From assembly GCA_964528115.1 (NCBI GenBank), contig CAZGRJ010000002.1, positions 1-42,298 on the forward strand: a stretch of DNA of 42,298 nt, read 5' to 3'. Positions 9,651 through 18,650 of the stretch are shown piece by piece; position 1 is the stretch's first letter; each line of letters starts with the position of its first letter. Made by a program: the position numbers and the translations under genes. Below the pieces are notes generated by a model. The model searched no databases, was not told the DNA's origin, and was given only the letters and a program-made list of their open reading frames with translations. The stretch comes from an uncultured Nitrospirales bacterium (GTDB lineage Bacteria; Nitrospirota; JACRHL01).

Positions 9651-10727
9651 CTACCGCAGCTTGAGCGTGGAGAGGGAGAGGAGCGCCAGGACGATGGAGA
9701 TGATCCAGAACCGGACGATGATCTTGGGCTCCTGCCAGCCCTTCAGCTCGAAGTGGTGGTGGATCGGCGCCATGAGGAAGATGCGCTTCCCGGTCATCTT
9801 GAAGTAGGCGACCTGGAGCATCACCGACACGGTCTCCACCACGAAGATGCCGCCCACCAGGATCAGCACCAGCTCGTGCTTGCTCGTCACCGCCACGGCG
9901 CCCAGGGCGGCGCCGAGGGGCAGGGAGCCCACGTCGCCCATGAAGACGGTGGCGGGATAGGTGTTGAACCAGAGGAACCCCATGGCCGCCCCCACCATGG
10001 CGCCGCACAGGATCGCCAGCTCGCCGGTTCCCGGCACGTAGGGGATCTGCAAATACTCCGCGAACGTGGCGTGCCCCGAGAGGTACACGATGGCGAGGTA
10101 CGTGGCGGCGGCGATCATGACCGGGCCGATGGCGAGTCCGTCCAGGCCGTCGGTCAGGTTCACGGCGTTGCTCGTCCCCACGATCACCAGGATCGCGAAC
10201 GGCACGAAGGACCAGCCCAGGTCCGGGTGGACGCCCTTGAGGAAGGGCACGGTCAGGTGCGTGTCGAAGTCGACGAAGGCATAGAGGTACACGGTCACGA
10301 GGCCCGCCACGGCGCCCTGGAGCAGGAGCTTGGTGCGCGCCGAAAGGCCCTTCGGGTCCTTCTTGATGACCTTGAGGTAGTCGTCCCAGAACCCGATGGC
10401 GCCGAACCCCACGACCGTGGTGATCACCACCCAGACGTAGTGGCTGGTCAGGTCGGCCCACAGGAGCGAGGCCACCAGGATCGCGAACAGGATCAGGACG
10501 CCCCCCATGGTGGGCGTGCCCCGCTTGCCGTAGTGGCGCTCCGGGCCCTCGTTGCGCACCGGCTGGCCGATCTGGTAGCGCGACAGGGCCCGGATCAGGG
10601 CGGGGCCCAGGATGAAGCAGAGGGCGAGCGCCGTCAGCACCGAGTAGATGGTGCGGAACGTGATGTACTTGAAGACGTTGAAGACCGGCCAGTCGACGTG
10701 AAGCGGGTAGAGCAGGTGGTAGAGCAT
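9651..10727 (-). CDS. mraY: Phospho-N-acetylmuramoyl-pentapeptide transferase
   Basis: This is the C-terminal 358 aa of ORF 9651..11234. It starts [25 protein letters not shown] and contains [13 protein letters not shown] and [14 protein letters not shown] 10727-10725 shares one nt with the murF TGA. Confidence 0.95.
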   Translation of the reverse strand: MLYHLLYPLHVDWPVFNVFKYITFRTIYSVLTALALCFILGPALIRALSRYQIGQPVRNEGPERHYGKRGTPTMGGVLILFAILVASLLWADLTSHYVWVVITTVVGFGAIGFWDDYLKVIKKDPKGLSARTKLLLQGAVAGLVTVYLYAFVDFDTHLTVPFLKGVHPDLGWSFVPFAILVIVGTSNAVNLTDGLDGLAIGPVMIAAATYLAIVYLSGHATFAEYLQIPYVPGTGELAILCGAMVGAAMGFLWFNTYPATVFMGDVGSLPLGAALGAVAVTSKHELVLILVGGIFVVETVSVMLQVAYFKMTGKRIFLMAPIHHHFELKGWQEPKIIVRFWIISIVLALLSLSTLKLR

Positions 10728-12124
10728 CAGGCACCCACCTCCGCCTCGGCGGTCAGCTTCTTCACCAGGCGCTCCATGGCGAGGCCGCGCGAGCCCTTCA
10801 CCAGCACCACGTCGCCCCTCCCCAAGTCCGACAGGTGCGCGGCGGCGGCCTCGGCGTCGGGGGCCGTGCGCACGTCGGCGAGGGCCTTGGCGCCCTCGGC
10901 CATCTCGCCGGCGAGGCGGCCCACGCACACGAGGCGGTCGGGCTTCAGGGCCGCGATGGCGGCGCCGGTCTCGCGGTGCAGGCGCGGGGCGTCGGCGCCC
11001 AGCTCCAGCATGTCGGCGATTACGGCGACCCGGCGGCCGGTCTCCCCACCTGCCCGGGGTCGCGCCACGAGGGCCGACACCGCCGCCTTCACGGCGAGGG
11101 GGTTGGCGTTGTAGGAGTCGTCGATGACCAGCGCGCCGGACGCCGCCGTCACCTCCCGGCCGCGCATGGCGGGCGGCCGGAACGCCGCGAGGCCCTCCGC
11201 GATCGGATCGACCTCCACCCCCAGGGCGTGGCACAGGGCCGCCGCCGCCGCCGCGTTCGCCCGCTGGTAGGGGGCGGTGGAGAAGAGGGTGAGGGGGCGC
11301 GACGCATCGCCGATCCGGAGGGTCACCCGTCCGTTGCCGTCGGTGACGGCCACGTCCGCCGGGACCGTCGGCTGCACCGTGTAGGTGACGGTGCGCCCGG
11401 CCTTGTGGCGGATCGTCTCGCGGACGATCCGGGGATCGTCCCGGTTCACGACCGCCGTGCCGCCCGCCCCCAGGGCGGCGAACAGGCGGCCCTTCTCGTG
11501 GGCCACGCCGTCGGCGTTGTTGAGCCCCTCCAGGTGGGTGGCGCCCACGTTCGTCACCAGGCCCACGGTGGGGCGGGCGAGGGCGCAGAGCATGTCCATC
11601 TCGCCCGGGTGGTTGATGCCCAGCTCGACGACGGCGACCTCGTGCGCGGGGCGCAGGGCGAGCAGGGTGAGGGGCAGGCCGATGTGGTTGTTCAGGTTGC
11701 CCCGGGTCACGAGGGCGGCACGGCCGGCCTGATCGAGAATCGCGGCGGCCATCTCCTTGGTGGTGGTCTTGCCGCAGCTTCCCGAGATCGCCGCGAGGAG
11801 CAGGTCGAAGCCGCCCCGGTAGCCGGCGGCGAGGCGTTGCAGGCCCGTGAGCGTGTCGTCCACGGCGATCACGGCGCAGGTCTCCGGCAGGTCCTTCGCG
11901 GCGTCGGCCTGGTGGACCAGGACCGCGGCGGCGCCCCGGGCCGCCGCGTCGGAAAGGAACCGGTGGCCGTCCGTGCGGGTGCCGGCGAGGGCCACGAACA
12001 GGTCACCCGCGCCTACGTCGCGCGAGTCGATCGTCACCTTGGCGGTGTCCGGCACCTGGGACCCGCCGTCGCCCGCCACGAGGCGCCCTCCGCCCAAGCG
12101 CGCCGCCCGTGCCACGGTGAACAC
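10727..12124 (-). CDS. murF: UDP-MurNAc-tripeptide--D-alanyl-D-alanine ligase
   Basis: ORF 10727..12124 with a GTG start. It has the P-loop [13 protein letters not shown] and a Mur-ligase C-terminal domain. It lies between murE and mraY. Confidence 0.92.
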   Translation of the reverse strand: MFTVARAARLGGGRLVAGDGGSQVPDTAKVTIDSRDVGAGDLFVALAGTRTDGHRFLSDAAARGAAAVLVHQADAAKDLPETCAVIAVDDTLTGLQRLAAGYRGGFDLLLAAISGSCGKTTTKEMAAAILDQAGRAALVTRGNLNNHIGLPLTLLALRPAHEVAVVELGINHPGEMDMLCALARPTVGLVTNVGATHLEGLNNADGVAHEKGRLFAALGAGGTAVVNRDDPRIVRETIRHKAGRTVTYTVQPTVPADVAVTDGNGRVTLRIGDASRPLTLFSTAPYQRANAAAAAALCHALGVEVDPIAEGLAAFRPPAMRGREVTAASGALVIDDSYNANPLAVKAAVSALVARPRAGGETGRRVAVIADMLELGADAPRLHRETGAAIAALKPDRLVCVGRLAGEMAEGAKALADVRTAPDAEAAAAHLSDLGRGDVVLVKGSRGLAMERLVKKLTAEAEVGA

Positions 12125-12130
12125 GGTGCC

Positions 12131-13690
12131 TCAGGCCCCCGCCGCGAGCAGCCGCCGGGCCACCTCGCGGTCGTCGAACGGGATCGTGCGGTCGGCGAGC
12201 ACCTGGACCTGCTCGTGGCCCTTGCCCGCGAGCAGCACCACGTCGCCCGCGCGGGCCTCCGAGAGCGCCCGGGCGATCGCCTCCTCCCGGTCCACGATCA
12301 CGGTACACGGCGCGCCTCCGGCGTTCTTCGCCCCCTCGGCCATGACGGCGCAGATGGCGTCGGGCGATTCCGAGCGCGGGTTGTCGGCGGTGAAGAAGAC
12401 CCGGTCCGAGCCCTTGGCCGCCACGGCCCCCATGGGGGCGCGCTTGGTGGCGTCGCGGTCGCCGCCGCACCCCACGACGGTGATAAGGCGGCCCGGGGCG
12501 GTCTCCGGCCGCGCGGCCTGGGGCGCGGCGCCGTGCACGCCGGACATGGGGGGAGGCGCGGGGGCGCCCGCCCGCACCAGGGGGCGCACGGCGGCGAGGA
12601 CCCGCTCGAGGGCGTCCGGCGTGTGGGCGTAGTCCACCAGGACGGTGAAGTCCTGGCCCGCCTCCACCCGCTCCAGGCGCCCGGGCACCGGCGGCGCGGC
12701 GGCGAGGCCCTGGCCGATGGCCTCGGCCGGGAGACCCAGGGCCAGCGCCGCGGCCACGGCGGAGAGCAGGTTGTAGACGTTGTGCGTGCCCACCAGGGGC
12801 GAGACCACGTCCACCTCGCCGTGCTCGTGCAGCACCGCGAACCGGATGCCGTCGGCGTCCACCGTCAGGTCCGTGGGGCGCACCTTGGGGGGCGGGCCCT
12901 CCGGGTCGCCGCCCACGCCGAAGGTCACGGCGCCGGGCACGTCGGCGGCGAGGCGCCGGCCCCAGGCGTCGTCCACGTTGATCGCCGCGGCGCCGGGGGC
13001 GTACTCCGTGAACAGGCGGCGCTTGGCGGCGAAGTAGCGCTCCATGGTGGCGTGGAAGTCCAGGTGGTCCGGGGTGAGGTTCGTGAACACCGCCACGTCG
13101 AAGGCGCACCCGCGCACCCGCTCCAGGGCCAGGGCGTGGGACGAGACCTCCATCACCGCCGCCGTGGCGCCGTCGCGCACCATGCGGGCGAACAGGGCCT
13201 GGAGGTCCGGCGCCTCGGGCGTGGTGCGGGCGGCCACGGCCTCGGGGGCGTCCATCGGGACGCCGCGCAGGCGCGTCTCCACCGTGCCCACGAGGCCGGT
13301 CACGTGGCCGGCGGCGGCCAGGATCGATTCCAGGAGGTAGCAGGTGGTGGTCTTGCCGTTCGTGCCGGTCACGCCCAGCAGGGTGAGGACCCGGGTCGGG
13401 TCGTCGCGCAGGCGGCAGGCGAGGTCGGCCAACGCCTTGCGGGCGCTGGACACCCGCACGAGCGGCAGGGGCGGATTCGGAATGGGCCGCTCCACCACCG
13501 CCGCGACGGCGCCCCAGGTGGCGGCGTTGGGCAGGAAGTCGTGGCCGTCCACCTTCAGGCCGGGAATCGCCACGAACAGGTCGCCCGGCGTCACGGCGCG
13601 CGAGTCGTAGGCGACGCCGGTCACCTCCAGCGCCGGATCGGCCTCGGAGGCGAGCACTTCGGTCGCGGCGATCAGTTGGTCCAGCCTCAT
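12131..13690 (-). CDS. murE: UDP-MurNAc-L-Ala-D-Glu--2,6-diaminopimelate ligase
   Basis: ORF 12131..13690 with ATG 13690. Motifs: GVTGTNGKTTTCYL, GCGGDRD, DNPRSE (the meso-DAP-type DNPR motif). Confidence 0.93.
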   Translation of the reverse strand: MRLDQLIAATEVLASEADPALEVTGVAYDSRAVTPGDLFVAIPGLKVDGHDFLPNAATWGAVAAVVERPIPNPPLPLVRVSSARKALADLACRLRDDPTRVLTLLGVTGTNGKTTTCYLLESILAAAGHVTGLVGTVETRLRGVPMDAPEAVAARTTPEAPDLQALFARMVRDGATAAVMEVSSHALALERVRGCAFDVAVFTNLTPDHLDFHATMERYFAAKRRLFTEYAPGAAAINVDDAWGRRLAADVPGAVTFGVGGDPEGPPPKVRPTDLTVDADGIRFAVLHEHGEVDVVSPLVGTHNVYNLLSAVAAALALGLPAEAIGQGLAAAPPVPGRLERVEAGQDFTVLVDYAHTPDALERVLAAVRPLVRAGAPAPPPMSGVHGAAPQAARPETAPGRLITVVGCGGDRDATKRAPMGAVAAKGSDRVFFTADNPRSESPDAICAVMAEGAKNAGGAPCTVIVDREEAIARALSEARAGDVVLLAGKGHEQVQVLADRTIPFDDREVARRLLAAGA

Positions 13691-13742
13691 GGCCTACCAG
13701 CGTACCCCCAAACGCCCCCGCGGGCCGCGCGTGCCACGGGTT

Positions 13743-15542
13743 TCACGGCGTCACCGGCTTGGTCGGAGCGGCGCTCGCCAGCGTCACGGTGCGGGCGGTC
13801 TCCGGCGGGACGCCGAGATAGGCGAGCACCGGCCGGGCGATCTCGCGGAACACGGGGCCCGCCACGGAGCCGCCGTAGTGCAGCCCCTTGGGCTCGTCCA
13901 CGACCACCAGGATGACGATGCGCGGATGGTCCGCCGGCACCATCCCGATGAAGGACGCGACGTACTTGCCCCGGGCGTAGCCGCGCCGGTCGTGGGCCGC
14001 CTTCTGGGCGGTGCCGGTCTTGCCCGCCACGAGGTATCCGGGGACGCCCGCGTCGGGCGCCGTTCCCTCGGCCTCCGTCACCCCCACCAGGGCCCGGCGC
14101 AGGCGGGCGGCGGTCTCGGCGGTGACCACCCGGCGGCGGCGCTCCGGCCGGGTGCGCTCCACCCCCTTGGGGCCGTCCACCTCCTTGACCAGGTGGGGGC
14201 GCACCAGCCAGCCGCCGTTGGCGATGGCCGAGGCGGCGGTGGCGAGCTGGAGCGGCGTGACCATCAGCTCCTGCCCGATGGAGACCGACGGCAGGGAGCG
14301 CCCCGACCAGCGCCCCACCGGCAGGAGCACGCCGGGCGACTCGCCGGGCAGCTCGATGCCGGTGCGCCGCCCGAAGCCGAAGGTCCGCAGGGCGGCGTAG
14401 AGCCGGTCGGCCCCCAGGCGCATGCCCACCTTGGCCGCGCCGATGTTGCTCGAGCGCGTGAGCACCTGGGCGAAGGTCAGCTCCCCCATCGGCTCGTGGT
14501 CGTGCAGGGCCCCGCCGCGCAGGGGCAGGGTGCCCTGCTCGCAGTCGATCACCTCGTCCAGGGAGACCACGCCCTCGTCGAGGGCGGCGGCGGCGAGGAA
14601 CATCTTGAGGGTGGAGCCGGGCTCGTAGGGGTCGGTGATCAGGCGGTTGCGCAGATCCTCGGGGGCGTAGCGGCCCACCCGGTTGGGGTCGAAGCCGGGG
14701 CGCACGGCCATGGCGAGGATCTCGCCCGTATACGGGTCCATGACCAGGGCCTCCGCGGCCTCGGCCCGGCTCTTCTCCATGACCCGGTCCAGCTCGCGCT
14801 CGACGTGGTACTGGATCGCCTCGTCGATGGTGACACGCAGGTCGGCGCCGTGGGTGGGGCGGCGGTAGTCGGCGTCGGACGGGAACAGGTGCCGCCCCAG
14901 GGCGTCGCGCTCCACCACGTAGGCCATCTCGCCGCCCTTGAGGAGCGGGTCGAAGGCCTGCTCGACGCCCGACAGGCCCTGGTTGTCCATGCCGGCGAAG
15001 CCCAGGATCTGGCCCAGGAGCTGGCCCTTGGGGTAGAAGCGGCGGCTCTCGGGCACCTGGTGGACGCCGGGCAGCCCCAAGGCCATGACCCGCTCGGCGA
15101 GGGCCGGGTCCACCTTGCGGTTCAGCCAGGCGAAGTGGCGGCCGCCGGCCTTCAGGCGCCGTTCGATGCTGCGGGCCGAGGCGGGCAGCACCCGGGAAAG
15201 GACGCGGGCGGTGGCCTTGGGGTCGTCCACGGCGGAGGGGTCGGCGAACAGGGACGGGACGTCCATGTTCTTGGCCAGGATGATGCCGTTGCGGTCGGTG
15301 ATCGTGCCGCGGTCGCCGGCCAGGCGGATGGTCTGCTGCTGTTGGCTGCGGGCCCGGGCGGAGAGGCCGGGGGCGTCGATCACCTGGAGGTTGACCAGCT
15401 GCCCGGCGACGACCAAGAAGGCGCCGATCAGCCCCAGGACCACCAGGCCCACGCGCGTCTTCATGGGCCCCGGCGGCGTCGCGGGGGCGGCGGGGCGGCG
15501 CGCCCGGGGCGACGGGCGGGCGCCTTTGCGCGGTCGGGCCAT
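13743..15542 (-). CDS. ftsI: Division-specific class B penicillin-binding protein (PBP3/FtsI)
   Basis: ORF 13743..15542. It has an N-terminal TM helix VGLVVLGLIGAFLVVAG and the transpeptidase motifs STLK (SxxK), SSN and KTGTA. An internal ATG (MKTRVG) is an alternative start. Confidence 0.92.
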   Translation of the reverse strand: MARPRKGARPSPRARRPAAPATPPGPMKTRVGLVVLGLIGAFLVVAGQLVNLQVIDAPGLSARARSQQQQTIRLAGDRGTITDRNGIILAKNMDVPSLFADPSAVDDPKATARVLSRVLPASARSIERRLKAGGRHFAWLNRKVDPALAERVMALGLPGVHQVPESRRFYPKGQLLGQILGFAGMDNQGLSGVEQAFDPLLKGGEMAYVVERDALGRHLFPSDADYRRPTHGADLRVTIDEAIQYHVERELDRVMEKSRAEAAEALVMDPYTGEILAMAVRPGFDPNRVGRYAPEDLRNRLITDPYEPGSTLKMFLAAAALDEGVVSLDEVIDCEQGTLPLRGGALHDHEPMGELTFAQVLTRSSNIGAAKVGMRLGADRLYAALRTFGFGRRTGIELPGESPGVLLPVGRWSGRSLPSVSIGQELMVTPLQLATAASAIANGGWLVRPHLVKEVDGPKGVERTRPERRRRVVTAETAARLRRALVGVTEAEGTAPDAGVPGYLVAGKTGTAQKAAHDRRGYARGKYVASFIGMVPADHPRIVILVVVDEPKGLHYGGSVAGPVFREIARPVLAYLGVPPETARTVTLASAAPTKPVTP

Positions 15543-15557
15543 GTGGGTGGAAACCCC

Positions 15558-15950
15558 TTACGGGGCGGCGCCGGCCGCCAGCAACATGGGTTCCTGGCGA
15601 GCGTCGGCGGAAGGGGCGGCGTCGGCGTAGCGGTCGGACGCGGCGTCGGCCGGCGCCTCGATCACCCGCACGAGCTGGTCCGGCGCGGGGGCCGTCATCC
15701 CCAGCCGATCGCGCGCGATGCGCTCGATGCGGTCCAGGGACGAGAGGCTCGCGGCCTCCACCAGCAGCTCCCCCTCCCGGTGCTGGAGCGCGGCCAGCTC
15801 GGTGCGGCCGCGCTCCACGCGATACCCCAGGTCCACCATCACGACGTGCTGCCACAGATAGAGCAGGGTGGCGGCGACTACCGTGAGGCACACGACGCCG
15901 ACCTTGAGCAGGGCGCCGCGCAGGTGGGGGGGAAGGGCGAGGAGATTCAT
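15558..15950 (-). CDS. ftsL: Cell-division protein FtsL (bitopic, coiled-coil)
   Basis: ORF 15558..15950, 130 aa. It has one TM helix (VGVVCLTVVAATLLYLW) followed by a heptad-like region (RGRTELAALQHREGELLVEAASL). It lies immediately upstream of ftsI. Confidence 0.8.
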   Translation of the reverse strand: MNLLALPPHLRGALLKVGVVCLTVVAATLLYLWQHVVMVDLGYRVERGRTELAALQHREGELLVEAASLSSLDRIERIARDRLGMTAPAPDQLVRVIEAPADAASDRYADAAPSADARQEPMLLAAGAAP

Positions 15951-16183
15951 CGGAACCCCGCGTGGCGCGGACCCGGGAGGGAATGTGTTGGCGGGTCGTA
16001 CGGTTCAGGCGGGATGAGAGTCAGGTGGGAACGGATCGCAGCGCAGCCAGCATCGCAAGCGATACCGACCTGGAGACGGCCCGTCCACGCGGGGTTCCGA
16101 AGCTCGAATGTCCGGGCGAGGGCCCGGACGAGGACCAATCCGAAAGACAGGGCAACGGACAGTTCGCAGAGCAGGGCGGGCAT
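15947..16183 (-). CDS. Hypothetical 78-aa protein with a hydrophobic N-terminus; coding status uncertain
   Basis: ORF 15947..16186. ATG 16183-16181 shares one nt with the rsmH TGA (TGATG), and its TGA 15949-15947 overlaps the ftsL ATG (ATGA). The N-terminus MPALLCELSVALSFGLVLVRALA is TM-like. Against coding: 21 of 78 codons end in A/T, far more than in neighbouring genes. Confidence 0.35.
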   Translation of the reverse strand: MPALLCELSVALSFGLVLVRALARTFELRNPAWTGRLQVGIACDAGCAAIRSHLTLIPPEPYDPPTHSLPGPRHAGFR

Positions 16184-17199
16184 CACGCGGCCCGCCGGTT
16201 CGTGGCGGCATCGACCGCCCCGGAGATCTTGTCGACTGACACTTTTTCGATGGCCCGCAGGCGCGCCGAACGCGCCCGCGGGTTCGCCGCCACCTCGGCG
16301 GCGGCCGGGCGCTGGGCCCGGCGGGTCAACAGCGTCGCGCGCGGCACCCGCCCGCAGCGGCAGACGGGGAACGACGGCGGGCAGGTACAGCCCGTGGCGA
16401 GGTCCTTGAAGAACCGCTTGACGGCGCGGTCCTCCAGGGAGTGGAAGCTGATCACGGCCATGCGGCCGCCGGGGCCGAGCACCTCGAAGGCCTTTTCCAG
16501 GCCGCGGGCAAGCTGCCCCGCCTCGTCGTTGACCGCCATGCGCAACGCCTGGAAGACGCGCGTGGCCGGGTGGATGCGGGCCGTGTGGCGTTCGCGGGCG
16601 GGCACGGCGGCGGCGACCACGTCGGCCAGGCGGGCGGTGGTGGCGATCGGAGACGCCGCGCGCTCGCGCACGATCGCGCGGGCGATGCGGCGGGCGTGGC
16701 GCTCCTCGCCGTACTCCTTGAAGATCCGGGCCAGCTCGTCCTCGGGCAGGCGCGCGACCAGGTCGGCGGCGGTAACCGGGCCGTCCGAATCCATGCGCAT
16801 GTCCAGGGGGCCGTCCGACCGGAACGAGAAGCCCCGGGCCGGGTCGTCCAGCTGGCGCGAGGAGACCCCCAGGTCCATGAGGACCGCGTTCGCCGGGGCG
16901 AAATCGTGCGCCGCGGCGACCCGGTCCACCGCGTCGAACGCGGACCGGGCGAGGGTGAAGCGCCCGGCGAAGGGCGTCAGGGAGCGCTCCGCCGCCGCCA
17001 GGGCCGCGGGATCGCGGTCCAGGCCCAGCAGGCGGCCGGCCGGGGCCGTGGCCGCCAGCAGGAGGCCCGCGTGTCCGCCGCCGCCCACGGTCATGTCCAC
17101 CATCCGGAGCGCGAGGCCCTGCCGCGTCCGGTCCGGGGGGACCAGGAGCGCGACGACCGCCTCTCCCATGACGGGGATGTGATAGCTCGGGGTCGGCAC
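16183..17199 (-). CDS. rsmH: 16S rRNA (cytosine1402-N4)-methyltransferase
   Basis: ORF 16183..17199 with a GTG start. Motifs: HIPVMGEAVVALL, the SAM-binding DMTVGGGGHAGLLL, and ISFHSLEDRAVK. Confidence 0.93.
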   Translation of the reverse strand: MPTPSYHIPVMGEAVVALLVPPDRTRQGLALRMVDMTVGGGGHAGLLLAATAPAGRLLGLDRDPAALAAAERSLTPFAGRFTLARSAFDAVDRVAAAHDFAPANAVLMDLGVSSRQLDDPARGFSFRSDGPLDMRMDSDGPVTAADLVARLPEDELARIFKEYGEERHARRIARAIVRERAASPIATTARLADVVAAAVPARERHTARIHPATRVFQALRMAVNDEAGQLARGLEKAFEVLGPGGRMAVISFHSLEDRAVKRFFKDLATGCTCPPSFPVCRCGRVPRATLLTRRAQRPAAAEVAANPRARSARLRAIEKVSVDKISGAVDAATNRRAA

Positions 17200-17274
17200 G
17201 GCGTGTGTGTGAGTAATTCCTGCATTGGCGCTGCGTGCATGCGCGTTACGGTCCGATGTACGGCGTTCCCCGAT

Positions 17275-17709
17275 CTAGAGCCCGAGGCCCGCCAGGGTCT
17301 CGGCCATGTCCGAATCCACGTCGCGGGAGGTCTCGTCGCGCCAGCGGCGGGGCTCCCAGATTTCGAACGTCTCCCCCGTTCCGACCACGACGGCCTCCTG
17401 TCCGAGGCCGGCGTGCTCCCTCAGGTGGGAGGGGATGAGGATGCGGCCCTGGCGGTCGACGTTGCAGAACTCGGCCGCCGAGAACAGCCGGCGCCGGTAG
17501 CGCTGGACCTCCGGCTTGACCTGGGAGACGGACTGAAGCTGCTCGGTAAGGATGCGCCAGCGGTCCTCGGTGTAGACCGCCAGGCAGGGGTCGAAGACCT
17601 TGCCGGTGACCACCAAGCGCGCGCCTTGACCGACCACCTCGCGGAACTTCGCGGGGATCGCCAGACGGCCCTTGGCGTCGATCCGGTTGGTTTCCCTGCC
17701 GTAAAACAC
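17275..17709 (-). CDS. mraZ: Transcriptional regulator MraZ
   Basis: Within ORF 17275..17802. The canonical N-terminus (M)FYGRETNRIDAKGRLAIPAKFRE starts at GTG 17709-17707. There are two SpoVT/AbrB-like repeats (DAKGRLAIPAKFRE and DRQGRILIPSHLRE). The ORF-track start at 17802 is the TTG of the promoter -35 box. Confidence 0.9.
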   Translation of the reverse strand: MFYGRETNRIDAKGRLAIPAKFREVVGQGARLVVTGKVFDPCLAVYTEDRWRILTEQLQSVSQVKPEVQRYRRRLFSAAEFCNVDRQGRILIPSHLREHAGLGQEAVVVGTGETFEIWEPRRWRDETSRDVDSDMAETLAGLGL

Positions 17710-17748
17710 CCTCCCCGCCCCACTTTGATCTCCCGGGCCTCCCTTGTG

Positions 17749-17764
17749 CCCCACAAATCCCCAC
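17749..17764 (-). promoter_or_regulatory. Two phased GTGGGG direct repeats (MraZ-box-like operator)
   Basis: The plus strand reads CCCCACAAATCCCCAC, so the minus strand reads GTGGGGATTTGTGGGG. The centre-to-centre spacing is exactly 10 bp. The repeats begin 11 nt downstream of the TATACT -10 box and lie upstream of mraZ. Confidence 0.5.
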
Positions 17765-17774
17765 TCGCCGCCCC

Positions 17775-17802
17775 AGTATAGCGGGGGGGTGGGGGGTGTC
17801 AA
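17775..17802 (-). promoter_or_regulatory. Candidate sigma70-type promoter of the dcw operon (Pmra-like): TTGACA-N16-TATACT
   Basis: On the minus strand, TTGACA is at 17802-17797 and TATACT at 17780-17775, separated by a 16-nt G/C-only spacer. The promoter lies 66 nt upstream of the mraZ GTG. Confidence 0.6.
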
Positions 17803-17965
17803 GGCCGAGAGGGGGTTTTTCGCGGGGCCCTGCGGGGCCCCTCAGGCGGCGGGAAAACGGCCGCAAAGACCGGGGGTTCGGTCCGTCATGGGGGCGGGCC
17901 GGAGGCGCCCGCCGGGAAAATTTTTCGGCGGTGGGGACCGGTGGGGGACCCCGCCGCCGCGGGCC

Positions 17966-18631
17966 TCAGGCGTTGCCTCGCCGGGCCGCCGAGACCCGGC
18001 GCGGGAGGTCCTTCCGGATCCAGTCCGCGGCCACCAGGTAGTCGGGGCAGCGCCGCTCCATGTCCACGAAGCGCGGCCCGTGCGGGTTGTCGTCCACGCC
18101 CAGGACGTGGTGCAGGAGCTCGTGATACACCACGTGGCGCACGACCGCCGGGGGCACGTCCGGGTGGTCCAGGACCGGGTGGATGCGGATCAGGCGGCGC
18201 TCCGGGTCGTAGGTCCCCAGGCGCACGGTGTACCGCCCCGGGCGGCGCCGGACGCCCCAGGTGATCAGGGGCAGGACGTGGCGACTGGGCAGGCGCCGCG
18301 CCACCCGCAGCATGGTGGCGCCCAGGTCGTGGTACTCGCCGCGCGAGACCAGGCGCACCCGCTCCATGGGGGGCGTGACCTCCGCGATGCGTTGGCGCAG
18401 GTGGGTGCGGATGACGGTGGCGCTGTCGCGGCAGCCCTCCGCCACGAACCGCGCCAGGGCGTCGCGCACCGGGCGCGGGGCGCCCACGAGGGCCTCGTGC
18501 ACGCGCACGTCGATGGCGCCGCGACGCCGTTGGACCGACACCAGGCGGCGCCGGTTTCGGGTCAGCGTCACGTGGACCGGCACACCCGTCCGGTCGGAGA
18601 GGTCCACACTGAACCGCTCGCTTCTGCTCAT
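17966..18631 (-). CDS. DUF45/YgjP-like (M48-related) zinc metallopeptidase
   Basis: ORF 17966..18631, 221 aa. The C-terminal block VVYHELLHHVLGVDDNPHGPRFVDMERRCPDYLVAADWIRK matches the DUF45 pattern HExxH...H..F.......P......W. Confidence 0.8.
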   Translation of the reverse strand: MSRSERFSVDLSDRTGVPVHVTLTRNRRRLVSVQRRRGAIDVRVHEALVGAPRPVRDALARFVAEGCRDSATVIRTHLRQRIAEVTPPMERVRLVSRGEYHDLGATMLRVARRLPSRHVLPLITWGVRRRPGRYTVRLGTYDPERRLIRIHPVLDHPDVPPAVVRHVVYHELLHHVLGVDDNPHGPRFVDMERRCPDYLVAADWIRKDLPRRVSAARRGNA

Positions 18632-18650
18632 GTCGCCCGGAAACCTCCCA

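Noticed and set aside
10835-13915. Very long antisense ORF (1026 aa, plus strand). Similar giants occur at 13689..16409 (+), 34484..37435 (+), 37765..40407 (+), 40083..42023 (-), 5081..6076 (+) and 8212..9807 (+).
   Set aside because: Each lies opposite or out of frame to a gene with unmistakable conserved motifs (murF/murE, ftsI, the PKD lipoprotein, lon, adh). Their translations are Arg/Gly/Ala/Pro/His-rich low-complexity strings. These are typical stop-codon-poor shadow frames in very GC-rich DNA.
15962-17182. 406-aa plus-strand ORF spanning the rsmH-ftsL spacer and antisense to rsmH.
   Set aside because: It is antisense to a gene with clear RsmH motifs and is low-complexity Arg/Ala/Ser-rich. 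No independent signals support it.
17200-17274. Lower-GC 75-nt mraZ-rsmH spacer with a (CA)4 run and a GCATGC-centred imperfect palindrome, considered as an internal promoter or RNA element.
   Set aside because: I could not identify acceptable -35/-10 hexamers or a stable stem. The spacer length is unremarkable for this junction.
17884-17915. Hairpin GGCGGGC-N7-GCCCGCC followed by GGGAAAATTTTT, considered as the terminator of the DUF45 gene.
   Set aside because: The T-run follows the stem only on the plus strand, where no gene ends. On the transcribed minus strand the stem is followed by CCCCATGAC, so it is not a canonical intrinsic terminator.
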